Assembly (NCBI GenBank): GCA_963975985.1 | Contig: CAXBIY010000010.1 | Coordinates: 6,476-70,475, forward strand | Direction of reading: 5' to 3' | Length of the DNA stretch: 64,000 nucleotides | DNA from: an uncultured Gammaproteobacteria bacterium | GTDB taxonomy: Bacteria; Pseudomonadota; Gammaproteobacteria; JABDGN01 | The notes under the pieces: model-generated | The model's database searches: none | What the model saw: the letters and a program-made list of their open reading frames with translations, nothing else | Told to the model about the DNA's origin: nothing | Position numbers and translations under genes: made by a program | Shown: positions 7,983 to 18,833 of the stretch, one piece after another | How positions within the stretch are numbered: position 1 is the first letter of the stretch | How the letters are laid out: each line of letters starts with the position of its first letter

Positions 7983-9242
7983 ATGAATTTGAGCGATCTC
8001 AAACTCAATCCTGTATCCGAACTCGCCAAAATGGTCGAAGAGATGGGTATAGAAAACTTAGGCCGTACGCGCAAGCAAGACATGATTTTTGCGATTCTCA
8101 AGGCGCATGCCCAAAAAGGCGAAGATATCTACGGCAATGGCGTATTAGAAATTTTGCAAGATGGCTTTGGCTTCTTGCGTTCAGCATCAGGTTCATACTT
8201 AGCGGGGCCAGATGACATTTACGTTTCACCAAGCCAAATTCGTCGTTTTAATTTACGTACGGGTGATAGCATCGCCGGTAAAATTCGCCCACCTAAAGAT
8301 GGCGAACGTTATTTCGCGATGTTGAAAGTCGACACGATTAACGAAGAAGAGCCTAACGTCACTCGTAACAAAATTTTATTTGAAAACTTAACGCCACTCT
8401 TCCCTGAAGAACGTTTACGCATGGAACGTGGTAACGGCAGTAAAGAAGATATTACTGCACGTATCATTGATTTAGTTGCACCGATTGGTAAAGGCCAACG
8501 TGGCTTAATCGTTGCGCCGCCTAAGGCCGGTAAAACGGTGATGATGCAAAACATTGCGCAGTCTATTGCAGCCAATCATCCTGATGCACATCTTATCGTA
8601 CTATTAATTGATGAGCGTCCTGAGGAAGTCACTGAAATGGAACGTTCGGTACGCGGCGAAGTGATCGCCAGTACATTCGATGAGCCTGCAACTCGTCATG
8701 TACAAGTGGCTGAAATGGTGATTGAAAAAGCTAAACGTTTAGTTGAACACAAACGTGATGTGATTATTTTACTCGATTCTATCACGCGTTTAGCGCGTGC
8801 TTATAACACTGTCATACCGTCATCAGGTAAAGTGTTATCCGGTGGTATCGAAGCGAATGCATTACAACGTCCAAAACGTTTCTTCGGTGCAGCACGTAAA
8901 GCTGAAGAAGGTGGCAGCTTAACTATTATTGCTACTACCTTAGTTGATACTGGCTCTAAAATGGATGAAGTCATCTATGAAGAGTTCAAAGGTACCGGTA
9001 ACATGGAATTGCATTTAGATCGCCATATTGCTGAAAAACGCGTATACCCGGCTATTAACGTTGCTCGCTGTGGTACGCGTCGTGAAGAAAAAATCACAAC
9101 GGCTGATGAATTACAAAAAATATGGATTTTGCGTAAAATTCTTCACCCGATGGATACCATTGCCGCCACTGAATTCCTCATTGAACGTTTATCTCAAACC
9201 AAAACCAATGATGAATTCTTTGAGTCTATGAAACGGAAATAA
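7983..9242 (+). CDS. rho: Transcription termination factor Rho
   Basis: Full-length 419 aa protein with the Rho N-terminal RNA-binding domain and the Walker A motif PPKAGKT. Confidence 0.97.
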   Translation: MNLSDLKLNPVSELAKMVEEMGIENLGRTRKQDMIFAILKAHAQKGEDIYGNGVLEILQDGFGFLRSASGSYLAGPDDIYVSPSQIRRFNLRTGDSIAGKIRPPKDGERYFAMLKVDTINEEEPNVTRNKILFENLTPLFPEERLRMERGNGSKEDITARIIDLVAPIGKGQRGLIVAPPKAGKTVMMQNIAQSIAANHPDAHLIVLLIDERPEEVTEMERSVRGEVIASTFDEPATRHVQVAEMVIEKAKRLVEHKRDVIILLDSITRLARAYNTVIPSSGKVLSGGIEANALQRPKRFFGAARKAEEGGSLTIIATTLVDTGSKMDEVIYEEFKGTGNMELHLDRHIAEKRVYPAINVARCGTRREEKITTADELQKIWILRKILHPMDTIAATEFLIERLSQTKTNDEFFESMKRK

Positions 9243-9297
9243 TGATGTAGAGTGGGTGAGCCCAAGTCTAGCTTGGACTCACTCACCATTAGCCAGT

Positions 9298-10269
9298 ATG
9301 AAGATAGTCCAAATAAAACCTAGTAATTACTTAGTGTTTGTCAACGAAGGCGAAACTGTCCTCGATGCTGCCATTCGTCAAGGCTTCGACTTTCCTTATA
9401 GTTGCCGCAGTGCAACTTGTGCAACTTGTATGGGTAAAGTCTTATCAGGCTCAATTAATTACGGTGACATTGAACCTTATGCTTTAGATGACGATGAACA
9501 AAAAGACGGTTTAGCTCTATTTTGTTCGGTGCATCCTGAAACCGATTTAGTGATCGAAATTGAAGATGTGTATGGGCCTGAGTACCAGCCTATTCGTTCT
9601 TGCGACTATCAAGTTGATTCACAGCAGTTGCTGGCTGATAATTTACATCAAGTCATACTATCCCCTGTTACTGATAAAAAAATTCGTTTTACTGCTGGGC
9701 AATACCTCAATGTCATCACCGATGAAAACATTCCTGTGCCATTTTCCATTGCGAACGCACCGAATGACGAAGGTAAAATCGAATTACACATTCATGACGC
9801 CGATGATTTTCAATACACCAAAGAAATTATTGGAAAAATCACATCTAAAAGCCATTTAAAATTGCGTGGCCCCTATGGCAAAATGGTGTTACAGCCACAA
9901 CCTGATTTACCTATTATTTTCATTGCTGGCGGCACCGGCTTTGTGCCCTTTAAAGCGATGGTTGAAGATATGATAGCTAAAGGCTTTGAGCGTGAAATTC
10001 ATATTTATTGGCGTGCAAAAAGCACCGAACGTTTATACTTGAAAACAATGTGTGAACAATGGGCGCAACAAGATAAAATCACCTTTCACGGTTTAACCGA
10101 TGGTGCCGTGTATGATGCTGTGCTCAACGATTTTTCTGACTTAGCTAACTACCAAGTATTCGCTAGTGGTCCACCAGAAATGGTTTATGCGGCCAAGAAA
10201 GTGCTCGTCGCTAATGGGCTAAATCCTTTCTTTATTTATTCAGACGCGTTTGAGTGTTTTCCTGAATAG
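9298..10269 (+). CDS. 2Fe-2S ferredoxin-domain / FNR-type NAD(P)H-flavin oxidoreductase
   Basis: It has a plant-type Fe-S motif (CRSATCATC...C), an FAD-binding motif (RFTAGQYL) and an NAD-binding motif (IAGGTGFVPF). The ATG at 9298 is preferred over the GTG at 9256. Confidence 0.75.
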   Translation: MKIVQIKPSNYLVFVNEGETVLDAAIRQGFDFPYSCRSATCATCMGKVLSGSINYGDIEPYALDDDEQKDGLALFCSVHPETDLVIEIEDVYGPEYQPIRSCDYQVDSQQLLADNLHQVILSPVTDKKIRFTAGQYLNVITDENIPVPFSIANAPNDEGKIELHIHDADDFQYTKEIIGKITSKSHLKLRGPYGKMVLQPQPDLPIIFIAGGTGFVPFKAMVEDMIAKGFEREIHIYWRAKSTERLYLKTMCEQWAQQDKITFHGLTDGAVYDAVLNDFSDLANYQVFASGPPEMVYAAKKVLVANGLNPFFIYSDAFECFPE

Positions 10270-10359
10270 AAAAGATACCCAAAGCGCTTGAATTTTAGGT
10301 ATGATAGCGAACACGTATTTCAAATATAACAATAACAACACTTACATGAGCACATAGCG

Positions 10360-11430
10360 ATGAAGATGAAAATAATCCCTATTGGTTTGTTGCTACTGCT
10401 GCACATCACAACAAGCCTTGCGGCTGTCGATTATTTCGTCGGCGCTAATCAAGTCATCGGCACACTAAAAAGCCCCTCCGAATCAAGCACGGCAACCCTA
10501 ACGAATACAGCCAATTCCGGTCAGCTCAATACTATTAACTTATCCAATAATAAAACGGGGATAGATTTTCACGGTGGCGCTACTTTTTTCCCAGAAGGGA
10601 AATTCCATGTAAGCACGAGCGCACAATTTCTTTGGCTGTTTGATTCGTCACAACAATTCGATACACCCATTCATTACGCGATCCCATCGAGCCTAACCAG
10701 CAACAGCCTGAACACTCAATTAGAGACTTATAGTTTGTTTTTTAATGTGCAACCTGAATATGAGTTTGTTCAGGGTTGGAAATTATTCGCCAAAGTTGGC
10801 TTAGGCTTAGCGGATAACAGTACGGACACAAATTTCACATTAAACCAAATAACTGAACACCAATCTGTTAACAACATTAATTTTGCTTGGCAAGCAGGTA
10901 TTGGCATGGCCGTTGCTATCACCCCACATTGGCAATTTTCCGTTTCAGAGAACTACATGAACTTTGGTCAAAGTCATTATGGCGATCATTACTTTGCTGG
11001 CACCAATGCACCATCAGGCTTTAATCTGCAATCGAAGAATACCTACGCTTATATGTTTACCATAGGGTTTGATTACCTTTTCAAAAGTGAGCCATCCTCC
11101 ACAAGTCAAACAACTACCTTGCACGCGGGATCAACAACTGCCAGCAAAGTCACTGTAAACCCCGTATTACCACCATCGACACCCGCGAAGCCACCCACTT
11201 CGCCCATAAAAGCCTCTGCTACCACTGCGATAACCACGCCAGCTAGCGTCATCACACCTCAAACAACGACAATAGGCAAACATGATTACCACAAAAAACA
11301 CATAGCCGAAACAGGCTGTGGCTTAAGCCTAAAACCTCGAAAACTCAACGGCGACAAGACCAATCCACCGTGTGTGAAAAGTCACAAACCACGGACGCTC
11401 GGCAAAAAAACCACACCACCACAACACTAG
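10360..11430 (+). CDS. Outer-membrane beta-barrel protein with a 115-aa Ser/Thr/Pro-rich and basic C-terminal extension
   Basis: A signal peptide is followed by a small barrel that ends at GFDYLF (aa 241). This is followed by a low-complexity STP-rich and then Lys/Pro-rich tail. Confidence 0.65.
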   Translation: MKMKIIPIGLLLLLHITTSLAAVDYFVGANQVIGTLKSPSESSTATLTNTANSGQLNTINLSNNKTGIDFHGGATFFPEGKFHVSTSAQFLWLFDSSQQFDTPIHYAIPSSLTSNSLNTQLETYSLFFNVQPEYEFVQGWKLFAKVGLGLADNSTDTNFTLNQITEHQSVNNINFAWQAGIGMAVAITPHWQFSVSENYMNFGQSHYGDHYFAGTNAPSGFNLQSKNTYAYMFTIGFDYLFKSEPSSTSQTTTLHAGSTTASKVTVNPVLPPSTPAKPPTSPIKASATTAITTPASVITPQTTTIGKHDYHKKHIAETGCGLSLKPRKLNGDKTNPPCVKSHKPRTLGKKTTPPQH

Positions 11431-12623
11431 AAGTTCATACCCAACACAACGTTGTAACCGTCAAAATGCGGGGCAAATTGATAATCAACACCGAGCGTTA
11501 AGAAATCATAACGTGTGCCATTGTGTTTGGCCGTGTTAATAAAATTAAAGCCAACTTCATTGTAATCAGGGATATACCATTTGTCGCCAAACATAACCGC
11601 GTACGAATAACTTAGGCCTAAAGCAATGGGGACATTTTTAAAATGGTATTGGCCATCTAAACCATTTTTAAAACCCCAGTTAGTTAAGTCATAATTAATG
11701 TTGTACGCACCGGTTTGAACATTTTGTGTTTTCAACCAATCAAATGTATTCGTCATACCAACTTCAAATTGCCCAATGGGTATCTCCGTGCGACTGCTCA
11801 AGGAAGCATCGTAAACCACTGTACCGCTACCTAAATCAACCGAGCCCACTGCACCAACATGGAAAGCAGGAATCAAAGACCAAAATTTATTAATCGCTTG
11901 TGCAAATGCCAAGCCTAACTGTGCAGAATACGTTGAAGTACCATCTTCATCGATATACGTAATCGGCATATCAAAAATAAAGGCTGATTTACCACCATTA
12001 AAATAGAGGCTATCTTTAATAGGTATATTGTACTGATGAACATTTGTGCCACCGACTGTATAATCAGAATATGTGGGAGCAAATGAAAATAAATTATAAC
12101 CGTGTGTAATACCGGCATAACGACGCAAATGTGCCTGTGTCGCGATGTCAAAATCATTATCTAACATGCGCGCCATTAAACTAGTCGGGTTACCTGCAAC
12201 GGGATCGTAAGCCGTATTGCTGACAAAGCCTTTGAATAATTTCGTAACTTGCGCGTCGCCCTCGCCTTTTAGCCAGTTATTGAATTGATTCTCTGCCGCA
12301 TCACGATTATCGCCCGTAAACACTTCATGAATACCCAAAGATGGAATATCAATATTTAACGTTGTACCCACATAATCAAAACTAATGGGAATACCGCGTA
12401 CGTTTAAATCTCCATTCACATTGGAGTTATCGTTATAGCCTGGAAATTCTTGAGCCAGCTGACCATCACTCAAGCTATCCACCGCCTCTTGAATCGTTTT
12501 AAAGGAATAAGTTTTTTGCTGACCATCGACAGTCACCGTACCACCAAACAAATTGGCATAAGCGGAAGTCATGAGACTGAGGCAGGCAAAACTAATGATG
12601 AATAAACGCGAAATCCAACGCAT
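11427..12623 (-). CDS. Hypothetical secreted/outer-membrane protein
   Basis: AAGGAGA lies 5 nt before the ATG at 12623. It has a signal peptide (MRWISRLFIISFACLSLMTSAYA) and a beta-rich C-terminal half ending in GMNF. Confidence 0.6.
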   Translation of the reverse strand: MRWISRLFIISFACLSLMTSAYANLFGGTVTVDGQQKTYSFKTIQEAVDSLSDGQLAQEFPGYNDNSNVNGDLNVRGIPISFDYVGTTLNIDIPSLGIHEVFTGDNRDAAENQFNNWLKGEGDAQVTKLFKGFVSNTAYDPVAGNPTSLMARMLDNDFDIATQAHLRRYAGITHGYNLFSFAPTYSDYTVGGTNVHQYNIPIKDSLYFNGGKSAFIFDMPITYIDEDGTSTYSAQLGLAFAQAINKFWSLIPAFHVGAVGSVDLGSGTVVYDASLSSRTEIPIGQFEVGMTNTFDWLKTQNVQTGAYNINYDLTNWGFKNGLDGQYHFKNVPIALGLSYSYAVMFGDKWYIPDYNEVGFNFINTAKHNGTRYDFLTLGVDYQFAPHFDGYNVVLGMNF

Positions 12624-12760
12624 GGGTATCTCCTTGAGCAACATGAATGTGAGGATTGTACCAAATGTCAGTCACGAATAAAGTAAGCGATTCACCTTAT
12701 TGACCGTCAACAATAGGCCTTTTTTACAATGTCCCCATCGCACATCAAGATGCATATGAC

Positions 12761-14059
12761 TCAATGGCGAATTCTTTTCAATAAAGAGAGAACCATCAAT
12801 GCGCCCCGCATAATAAAAAAAGCATAAAAAGCGAACCACAAGCCATTATTCCCCCAACCGCGAGTCGCATACCAGACAAGGAAATAAAATAAAACACTCA
12901 ACACCATCACATTTCGCATCGCTTTGCCCCAGGTGGCACCAATAAAAACACCATCAGCCCAAAAACTCAACACTGATACTAGAGGCACGAAAATTGCCCA
13001 TAAAAAATAGTGTTTAACTGTCTCACGTACGGACTCAATGCTCGTCAGCAAATGTACTAAGGGTATACCTATCACGAAGTACACCACACAAATAGCCGCA
13101 GCAATTAGCACTGACCAATACAGTGTATATCGAATTGATGCGAAAAAATCTGAGCGAGATTGCTTGCCTAATGCCTTGCCTACTAATATTTCGGCTGCAT
13201 TAGCAAAGCCATCCAATGCATACGCCGATAAAATCGAAAAGTTCATCAAGACAACGTTTGCCGCCAAAGTTAAATGACCTAATCGCGATCCGAATGCTGT
13301 AAAAGAAAAAAACACAGACATCAAACAAATCGTGCGGATCATAATGTTTTTATTTAAATGTAATAGCGCCTTAATCCTAGTGAAATCCGTAAAAATATCG
13401 CGGACATATTGGTATAGACTAGGATGAACACGCGCCGCTTGCCATACGGCATAAGTGAGTGCCATATACTGCGCTACTACTATTGCTGCTGCAACGCCGC
13501 CAACATTCAGCTGCAAGCCATACACGAATAAAAGACTTAAAGCTGTCGCAATAACATTAGTAATGAGCATCAAATAGAGTGCATAGCGTGGCCGATGAAT
13601 ACCAATAAACCAACCCACAAATGCATAAACACACAACGTTGCTGGTGCGACATAAATACGAATTAAAAAATAGCGTTTTAATAATTCAGCGACGGTATTA
13701 TTTGGATGCATAATCGTAATGCTTAACTGCAATAATGGTTTTTGCAGTACGATTAACAGCACACCAATCAACAGCGCTAGAAAAATCCCGCGCAACAAAT
13801 ACAGCGCCACCTCACGCTCTTCACCACGTCCATGCGCCTGTGCCACAACACCCGTCGTTGCCATACGCAAAAAATTAAAAACATTAAAGATAGTATCAAA
13901 AATAATAGCGCCAATCCCAACTGCCGCCAAATAGTTTGCACTCGATAAATGCCCCATCACAGCTGTTGTCACTAAACCCAATAACGGCACCGTTAAATTG
14001 GAAAGGATTAACGGTAGTGCAATAACAGGAATTTGTTTAAATAAATATTTATCTTTCAT
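12761..14059 (-). CDS. MATE family efflux transporter (DinF-like)
   Basis: It has 12 TM helices and a typical MATE N-terminus (ALPLILSNLTVPLLGLVTTAVMGHL). Confidence 0.85.
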   Translation of the reverse strand: MKDKYLFKQIPVIALPLILSNLTVPLLGLVTTAVMGHLSSANYLAAVGIGAIIFDTIFNVFNFLRMATTGVVAQAHGRGEEREVALYLLRGIFLALLIGVLLIVLQKPLLQLSITIMHPNNTVAELLKRYFLIRIYVAPATLCVYAFVGWFIGIHRPRYALYLMLITNVIATALSLLFVYGLQLNVGGVAAAIVVAQYMALTYAVWQAARVHPSLYQYVRDIFTDFTRIKALLHLNKNIMIRTICLMSVFFSFTAFGSRLGHLTLAANVVLMNFSILSAYALDGFANAAEILVGKALGKQSRSDFFASIRYTLYWSVLIAAAICVVYFVIGIPLVHLLTSIESVRETVKHYFLWAIFVPLVSVLSFWADGVFIGATWGKAMRNVMVLSVLFYFLVWYATRGWGNNGLWFAFYAFFIMRGALMVLSLLKRIRH

Positions 14060-14089
14060 CAGTTGAACACTACACCCAAAGCGATTGAG

Positions 14090-15259
14090 TTAGTTTGCCG
14101 TGAATAACAGGCCTTTTTTATAATATTGATTGGCTTTATCCGTATCACCGAGCGATTCCAATAGCTGTGCCAATGCAGAATAGACATGGGCCGCTGGCTT
14201 AATGGCTAGGCATTTTTCAAAATAATCGCGAGACTGGCCCCATAGCTGCTGCCTTTCAGTTAACTGACCAAGGGTAAATAACAATGCGGCATCATCGGGG
14301 CGACGCTGCAACCAAGTTTGGGCTGTAGCAAGTTGCGCTTTTGCGTCAATATCTAGCTGTCCGTACATCACTACCAAAGCTTCACACCAATCACGTTTTA
14401 ATTGATGATGAATGAAAGCTTCAGCATCAGACAGTGCGGTGAAACTGATAAGTTGTCGCGCATAAACCTCAACCATGTCGGTTGATTTTTTTAAGCTTTG
14501 CGGTACTTGCTGCCATTGCAATTGTAATGACTCAAGCGATGTCGATTTTTGGATTAAACCCAAATAAACGGTTTCTGTTAATGATTGTAATTGCTCCGCC
14601 ATACAAACATAATGTCTTTTTAATTCTGGCAACAAAGTTGATAGGTTATGCCAATCTTCAAGCTTAAGATAAATACGCATTAATAATTTGAGTACGAAAG
14701 TATGTTGCGGTGCGATCGATCGCAAATGGCTTAAAGTTGCCAAGGCTTGCTCATATTGTTTATGCCGAAACTGTAATTGCGCTTGTGTTAAGCCAACAGC
14801 AACTTCTGCATCAGGCTCAATATCATGAGCTTTATGAAGGTATTCATCACGACGGTCATAAGCATGTTGTGCTTGAGCCGCTTCAGCCAAAGCCAAGTAA
14901 TTAACCAAAGGTTCCGACACATGCTCCAAACTTTTTAATAATAATTTTTCAGATCGCGCCCAATTGCCTTCGGCTAAATCAATTAGCCCTCGGCTGGTTT
15001 GCTTGGCTGCTTTTTTCTTCGTGCGCTTATTTGACCAACGGTGTAAACGACCACCAACACTGCCACCAAAATACAAAACATTTGCCACTAAATATAGCGC
15101 TAAAAGTGCTACCACAACGACGACAACAGCAAACCACAGAGGTGTCTGAAGTGTCCATTGTTTCAAAACGATAATCACATAAGCGGGATCTTGCTTGATG
15201 ACAAGCCCTAACCACACAGCAAAAATTAAAACAATCAAATAAAATATTGCGCGTTTCAT
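14090..15259 (-). CDS. hemY: HemY (heme biosynthesis-associated TPR membrane protein)
   Basis: It has an N-terminal HemY TM domain plus TPR repeats, and it is the last gene of the hemCDXY cluster. Confidence 0.85.
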   Translation of the reverse strand: MKRAIFYLIVLIFAVWLGLVIKQDPAYVIIVLKQWTLQTPLWFAVVVVVVALLALYLVANVLYFGGSVGGRLHRWSNKRTKKKAAKQTSRGLIDLAEGNWARSEKLLLKSLEHVSEPLVNYLALAEAAQAQHAYDRRDEYLHKAHDIEPDAEVAVGLTQAQLQFRHKQYEQALATLSHLRSIAPQHTFVLKLLMRIYLKLEDWHNLSTLLPELKRHYVCMAEQLQSLTETVYLGLIQKSTSLESLQLQWQQVPQSLKKSTDMVEVYARQLISFTALSDAEAFIHHQLKRDWCEALVVMYGQLDIDAKAQLATAQTWLQRRPDDAALLFTLGQLTERQQLWGQSRDYFEKCLAIKPAAHVYSALAQLLESLGDTDKANQYYKKGLLFTAN

Positions 15260-16257
15260 TATTGGCCTATTCCCTGTTGTGCGTTTTCAATTGCAACTAA
15301 TGCCGGCTTAATACTTGGCAAGTTTGGCGCAATCGTAGCGGCTTGCAATTGAGCTAAGCTCGTTAACATCGCTTGCGTACGAGGATTAGGCACGGAATAA
15401 TAACGTTTTAATAAGAATTGAATTTGCTTCAGACTTGCATGGTAAACCTGTTTCTGACGATGCAACACTGCCCACTGTGCCTGCGAATAGAGCTGCATGA
15501 TTTGCACTTGTAAGCTTGCACGCTGTGATTTCTTCAAATAAATGGGCATGCCCGCCGTATTACGTTCAATCAATACCACATTTTTTAATTGCTCTACAGT
15601 TTTTTGCCAACCAGTTTGCTGAGAGTTACGATCAGCTAAATGCTTCATATTTGGTGCTAACATCGGTAAGCCCACGGTTTGCTGACTCAAGGCTGATAAC
15701 TTCAACACTAAACCTTCTCTATCGACATGTGGTACAGCATCTAACTGTGTCATGCTAGTGATAATGGCTTTGCGAGCAGAAACATACATCGGTGTTTTTA
15801 ACGAGGCAATTTGTTTATCAGCTGTTTTTAACAAGCTGATGGCGACAGGCACATTATGTTCGAACTGCAATTGGTAAATAGCAAGGCGAGTCAGATACGC
15901 GGCATCCGCTAACATCCAACGTGCATCGCTACTTTTAACAATGCCTTGATGAGCCGTTAAATGCTCCACTTGTTGTTGCAGGCTTTGCAGCTGTTGTTGT
16001 AATTGCTGAACTGAAGCAGCAACGATCGCATGTGATTGCTGATGCTGTTGCTTTGCCACATTCATAGAACCGAGAGCTTTCGTCACTTGGTGTGCGAGCT
16101 TATGTCGTGGTGATGCATGAAAGTCATTGTTTTGAATAAAATACATCACAGAAAATGCGGCGAGGACAATCAGTAATACTCCCCATAAAAATAACCGGCG
16201 TTTAGGTGAAGTTTTTTTTGGCTGACTTGATTCGGTTGTCTCTTGCTCTTCAGTCAT
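15259..16257 (-). CDS. hemX: HemX membrane protein
   Basis: It has a single TM helix and a coiled-coil Gln-rich region, and it lies between hemD and hemY. Confidence 0.8.
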   Translation of the reverse strand: MTEEQETTESSQPKKTSPKRRLFLWGVLLIVLAAFSVMYFIQNNDFHASPRHKLAHQVTKALGSMNVAKQQHQQSHAIVAASVQQLQQQLQSLQQQVEHLTAHQGIVKSSDARWMLADAAYLTRLAIYQLQFEHNVPVAISLLKTADKQIASLKTPMYVSARKAIITSMTQLDAVPHVDREGLVLKLSALSQQTVGLPMLAPNMKHLADRNSQQTGWQKTVEQLKNVVLIERNTAGMPIYLKKSQRASLQVQIMQLYSQAQWAVLHRQKQVYHASLKQIQFLLKRYYSVPNPRTQAMLTSLAQLQAATIAPNLPSIKPALVAIENAQQGIGQ

Positions 16258-16978
16258 ATGATTCTTTCCATTGATTTAACGCATGAATAATATCATCATC
16301 ATGCGCTGTTGCGGCTTGTATAATGGTATGAAAACCCAAATGCTCCGCTAAGTTTAGCATATTCTTACTGATCACGAGCAATGCCTTATCAAACAGCTCT
16401 TCACCCAATTGTGGATGTAACAAATCTATTAGGTTGTTCAAACTTTCGCCGCTGGTACAAACGATGGTGCTGATATTTGACCATTGCGTTTTTAATTCAC
16501 GCGTATCAATTTGTGGTTTGCTACGTTGATACACTGCCAATTTTTCAACCCTGGCTCCACGCTGCGTGAGTTCTGTTTGCAAAGTCTCCTTACCACCAAG
16601 CCCTGCAACAATGAGAATATTTTGTTGCTGTATCACTTGCAACTCATGCAATGTCAACACTCCTTCACTGTTTTGCTCAGCAGGTACAATGACATTGTTT
16701 ACGCCATGTAGCGTCAACAATGCCGCTGTTGCACGCCCAACAGCAATAACATCCCCCGTGTAACCAGACAAACGGGTATGCTGGAAAAAATGTTCCACTG
16801 CCGATTGGCTAATAAAAATAAGTTTTTTGAATAAAGCCAGATCAGGCGTCACAACAGGCATAATAGGTTCTATAGTAATAGTTGGGAATAAAAACGTTTG
16901 ATAATTGGCTTTCAATAACTGGCTGGCTAATTTTTTGGCGAATTGCTTGGGACGTGTGATTAGGATCAAATTATTCAT
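16250..16978 (-). CDS. hemD: Uroporphyrinogen-III synthase
   Basis: The size, HEM4-like sequence and operon position after hemC all fit hemD. Confidence 0.85.
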   Translation of the reverse strand: MNNLILITRPKQFAKKLASQLLKANYQTFLFPTITIEPIMPVVTPDLALFKKLIFISQSAVEHFFQHTRLSGYTGDVIAVGRATAALLTLHGVNNVIVPAEQNSEGVLTLHELQVIQQQNILIVAGLGGKETLQTELTQRGARVEKLAVYQRSKPQIDTRELKTQWSNISTIVCTSGESLNNLIDLLHPQLGEELFDKALLVISKNMLNLAEHLGFHTIIQAATAHDDDIIHALNQWKESYD

Positions 16979-17001
16979 GTTTATCCACTGTTAATGCCTA
17001 C

Positions 17002-17901
17002 CTACAATAAATCTCGTGCGCCCTGGGCGATTAGTTGTTCGGCTAATTGTGAGCCTAAGGTTATATCAATCTCGCCGATCAACTCTCCACTGAGAACTTC
17101 ACTGCCATCTATGTTAGCAACACAACCTTTAATTAGCATTTTTTCTGCTTCAATCACAGCATGTACACCGATGGGTGAATGACAATCACCATCTAGTACT
17201 TCGGTAAACTTGCGTTCAGCTAACACGCATTGCTGGGTTACAAGATGATTCAGTGGCCCAATTAATTGTTTAATATTTTCATCGGCACTGCGACATTCAA
17301 TGCCAATCACACCTTGTCCAACTGACGGTAACATTTCATCATCAGAAAAAGAATGCTGAATGCGATCTTGCCAACCTAAACGGATTAAGCCAGCAGCGGA
17401 AACAATAATAGCATCGTACAACCCATCATCTAATTTTTGTAACCGCGTATTTAAATTGCCACGCAGAAATTTCACTTCAACATCGTCTCGCATCGCTTTT
17501 AACAATGCCGTACGTCGCACACTAGAGGTACCAACCACACTGCCTGCTGGCATTTCTTCGATAGTTTTATATTGCTGACTCACCAAGGCATCGCGCGCAT
17601 CATCTCGTTCACATATGACAGAAATCTCTAAACCGGGAATCACATCATTGGGCACATCTTTCATCGAGTGTACGGCAATATCAGCTTCACCAGCCAGTAA
17701 GACTTGCTGCAGTTCTTTTAAGAACACACCCTTCCCACCTAATGATTGCAAAGGTTTATCTTTAAATCGATCGCCAACCGTCGACACCCCCAGCAACTTA
17801 ACTGTTAAATCTGGATATAATGCTTGAAGCTTATCTTTCACAAAATTAGCTTGCCATAAGGCTAAAATGCTTTCGCGTGTGGCTATCGTCAGTGTTTTCA
17901 T
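17002..17901 (-). CDS. hemC: Hydroxymethylbilane synthase (porphobilinogen deaminase)
   Basis: Strong similarity to HemC (IATRESILALWQA, GTSSVRR, GQGVIGIE). Confidence 0.95.
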   Translation of the reverse strand: MKTLTIATRESILALWQANFVKDKLQALYPDLTVKLLGVSTVGDRFKDKPLQSLGGKGVFLKELQQVLLAGEADIAVHSMKDVPNDVIPGLEISVICERDDARDALVSQQYKTIEEMPAGSVVGTSSVRRTALLKAMRDDVEVKFLRGNLNTRLQKLDDGLYDAIIVSAAGLIRLGWQDRIQHSFSDDEMLPSVGQGVIGIECRSADENIKQLIGPLNHLVTQQCVLAERKFTEVLDGDCHSPIGVHAVIEAEKMLIKGCVANIDGSEVLSGELIGEIDITLGSQLAEQLIAQGARDLL

Positions 17902-17987
17902 GGGTAAGATGATACATGAAAAGACTATCGTAATAAACGCCAGTTCATCTATAATGATAACTATACTCTGCTAGTAAGGAAACTATT

Positions 17988-18833
17988 ATGTGTCGTTTTG
18001 TCAGCTATATCGGTAAACCCCTGCAGTTAAGCGAAGTCATTGCGAAACCGAAGGATTCATTAATTAAGCAAAGCCAAGCCGCTCGCGAATCACTTTACGA
18101 ACTCAATGGTGATGGTTTTGGTGTGGCTTGGTATAAGCCAAAACTCACTGAACAACCCGGCTTATATAAATCCATTGAACCCGCATGGAATGATGAAAAC
18201 TTAAATAGCCTGGCTCATCACATGTCATCCTCTTGTTTTTTAGCACACGTTCGCGCCGCTACAGCTGGGTCATTAAGCCGTTACAATTGCCACCCCTACA
18301 CGTACAAACAATACAGCTTTATGCACAATGGTAGCATCGAAGGTTTTCGTCATTTAAAACGTGACATGATCAATATGATGCCTGAAGAATTATTTTTAAA
18401 TATTAAAGGCCAAACTGATTCAGAACATTTTTTTCATTTACTGCTAACGACATTACTACAAACAAAAAAACCCGATTTTATCAAGGCAATTAAAACGACC
18501 TTAGATATCGTCGCAGAACTACAAGCTAAATATAAAGTCAAAAAAGCCAATGCCATCAACCTAGTGCTCAGCGATGGCAAACGTTTAATTGCCATGCGTT
18601 ACTCTAGCAACCCTAAACAACACAAATGTCCAACGCTCTATTATTCCGCCGGTAGTGTATTCACACACACCCAAAAAGGTTGCCATATGCTGCCGCCTAA
18701 ACACGGAAAAAATGAAGCCATTATTATCACCTCAGAAAAACTCACTGATTTTGCAGAAGAGTGGCAAATGGTCGAGCCGAATACCATTGTGATGGTGGAT
18801 GCGAAAAAGCAGTTAACCTTTAAAGCTATCTAA
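17988..18833 (+). CDS. Class II (Ntn) glutamine amidotransferase, YafJ/EgtC-like
   Basis: It has the N-terminal nucleophile MCRF... and GATase_2-type motifs (NGDGFGVAWY, HVRAAT, NCHPY). Confidence 0.75.
   Translation: MCRFVSYIGKPLQLSEVIAKPKDSLIKQSQAARESLYELNGDGFGVAWYKPKLTEQPGLYKSIEPAWNDENLNSLAHHMSSSCFLAHVRAATAGSLSRYNCHPYTYKQYSFMHNGSIEGFRHLKRDMINMMPEELFLNIKGQTDSEHFFHLLLTTLLQTKKPDFIKAIKTTLDIVAELQAKYKVKKANAINLVLSDGKRLIAMRYSSNPKQHKCPTLYYSAGSVFTHTQKGCHMLPPKHGKNEAIIITSEKLTDFAEEWQMVEPNTIVMVDAKKQLTFKAI

Noticed and set aside
9253-9287. A hairpin (GTGAGCCCAAG..CTTGGACTCAC) just after the rho stop, as a possible terminator.
   Set aside because: The stem is imperfect with no U-tract, and it overlaps the possible GTG-extended start of the next gene. 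I do not consider it a supported terminator.
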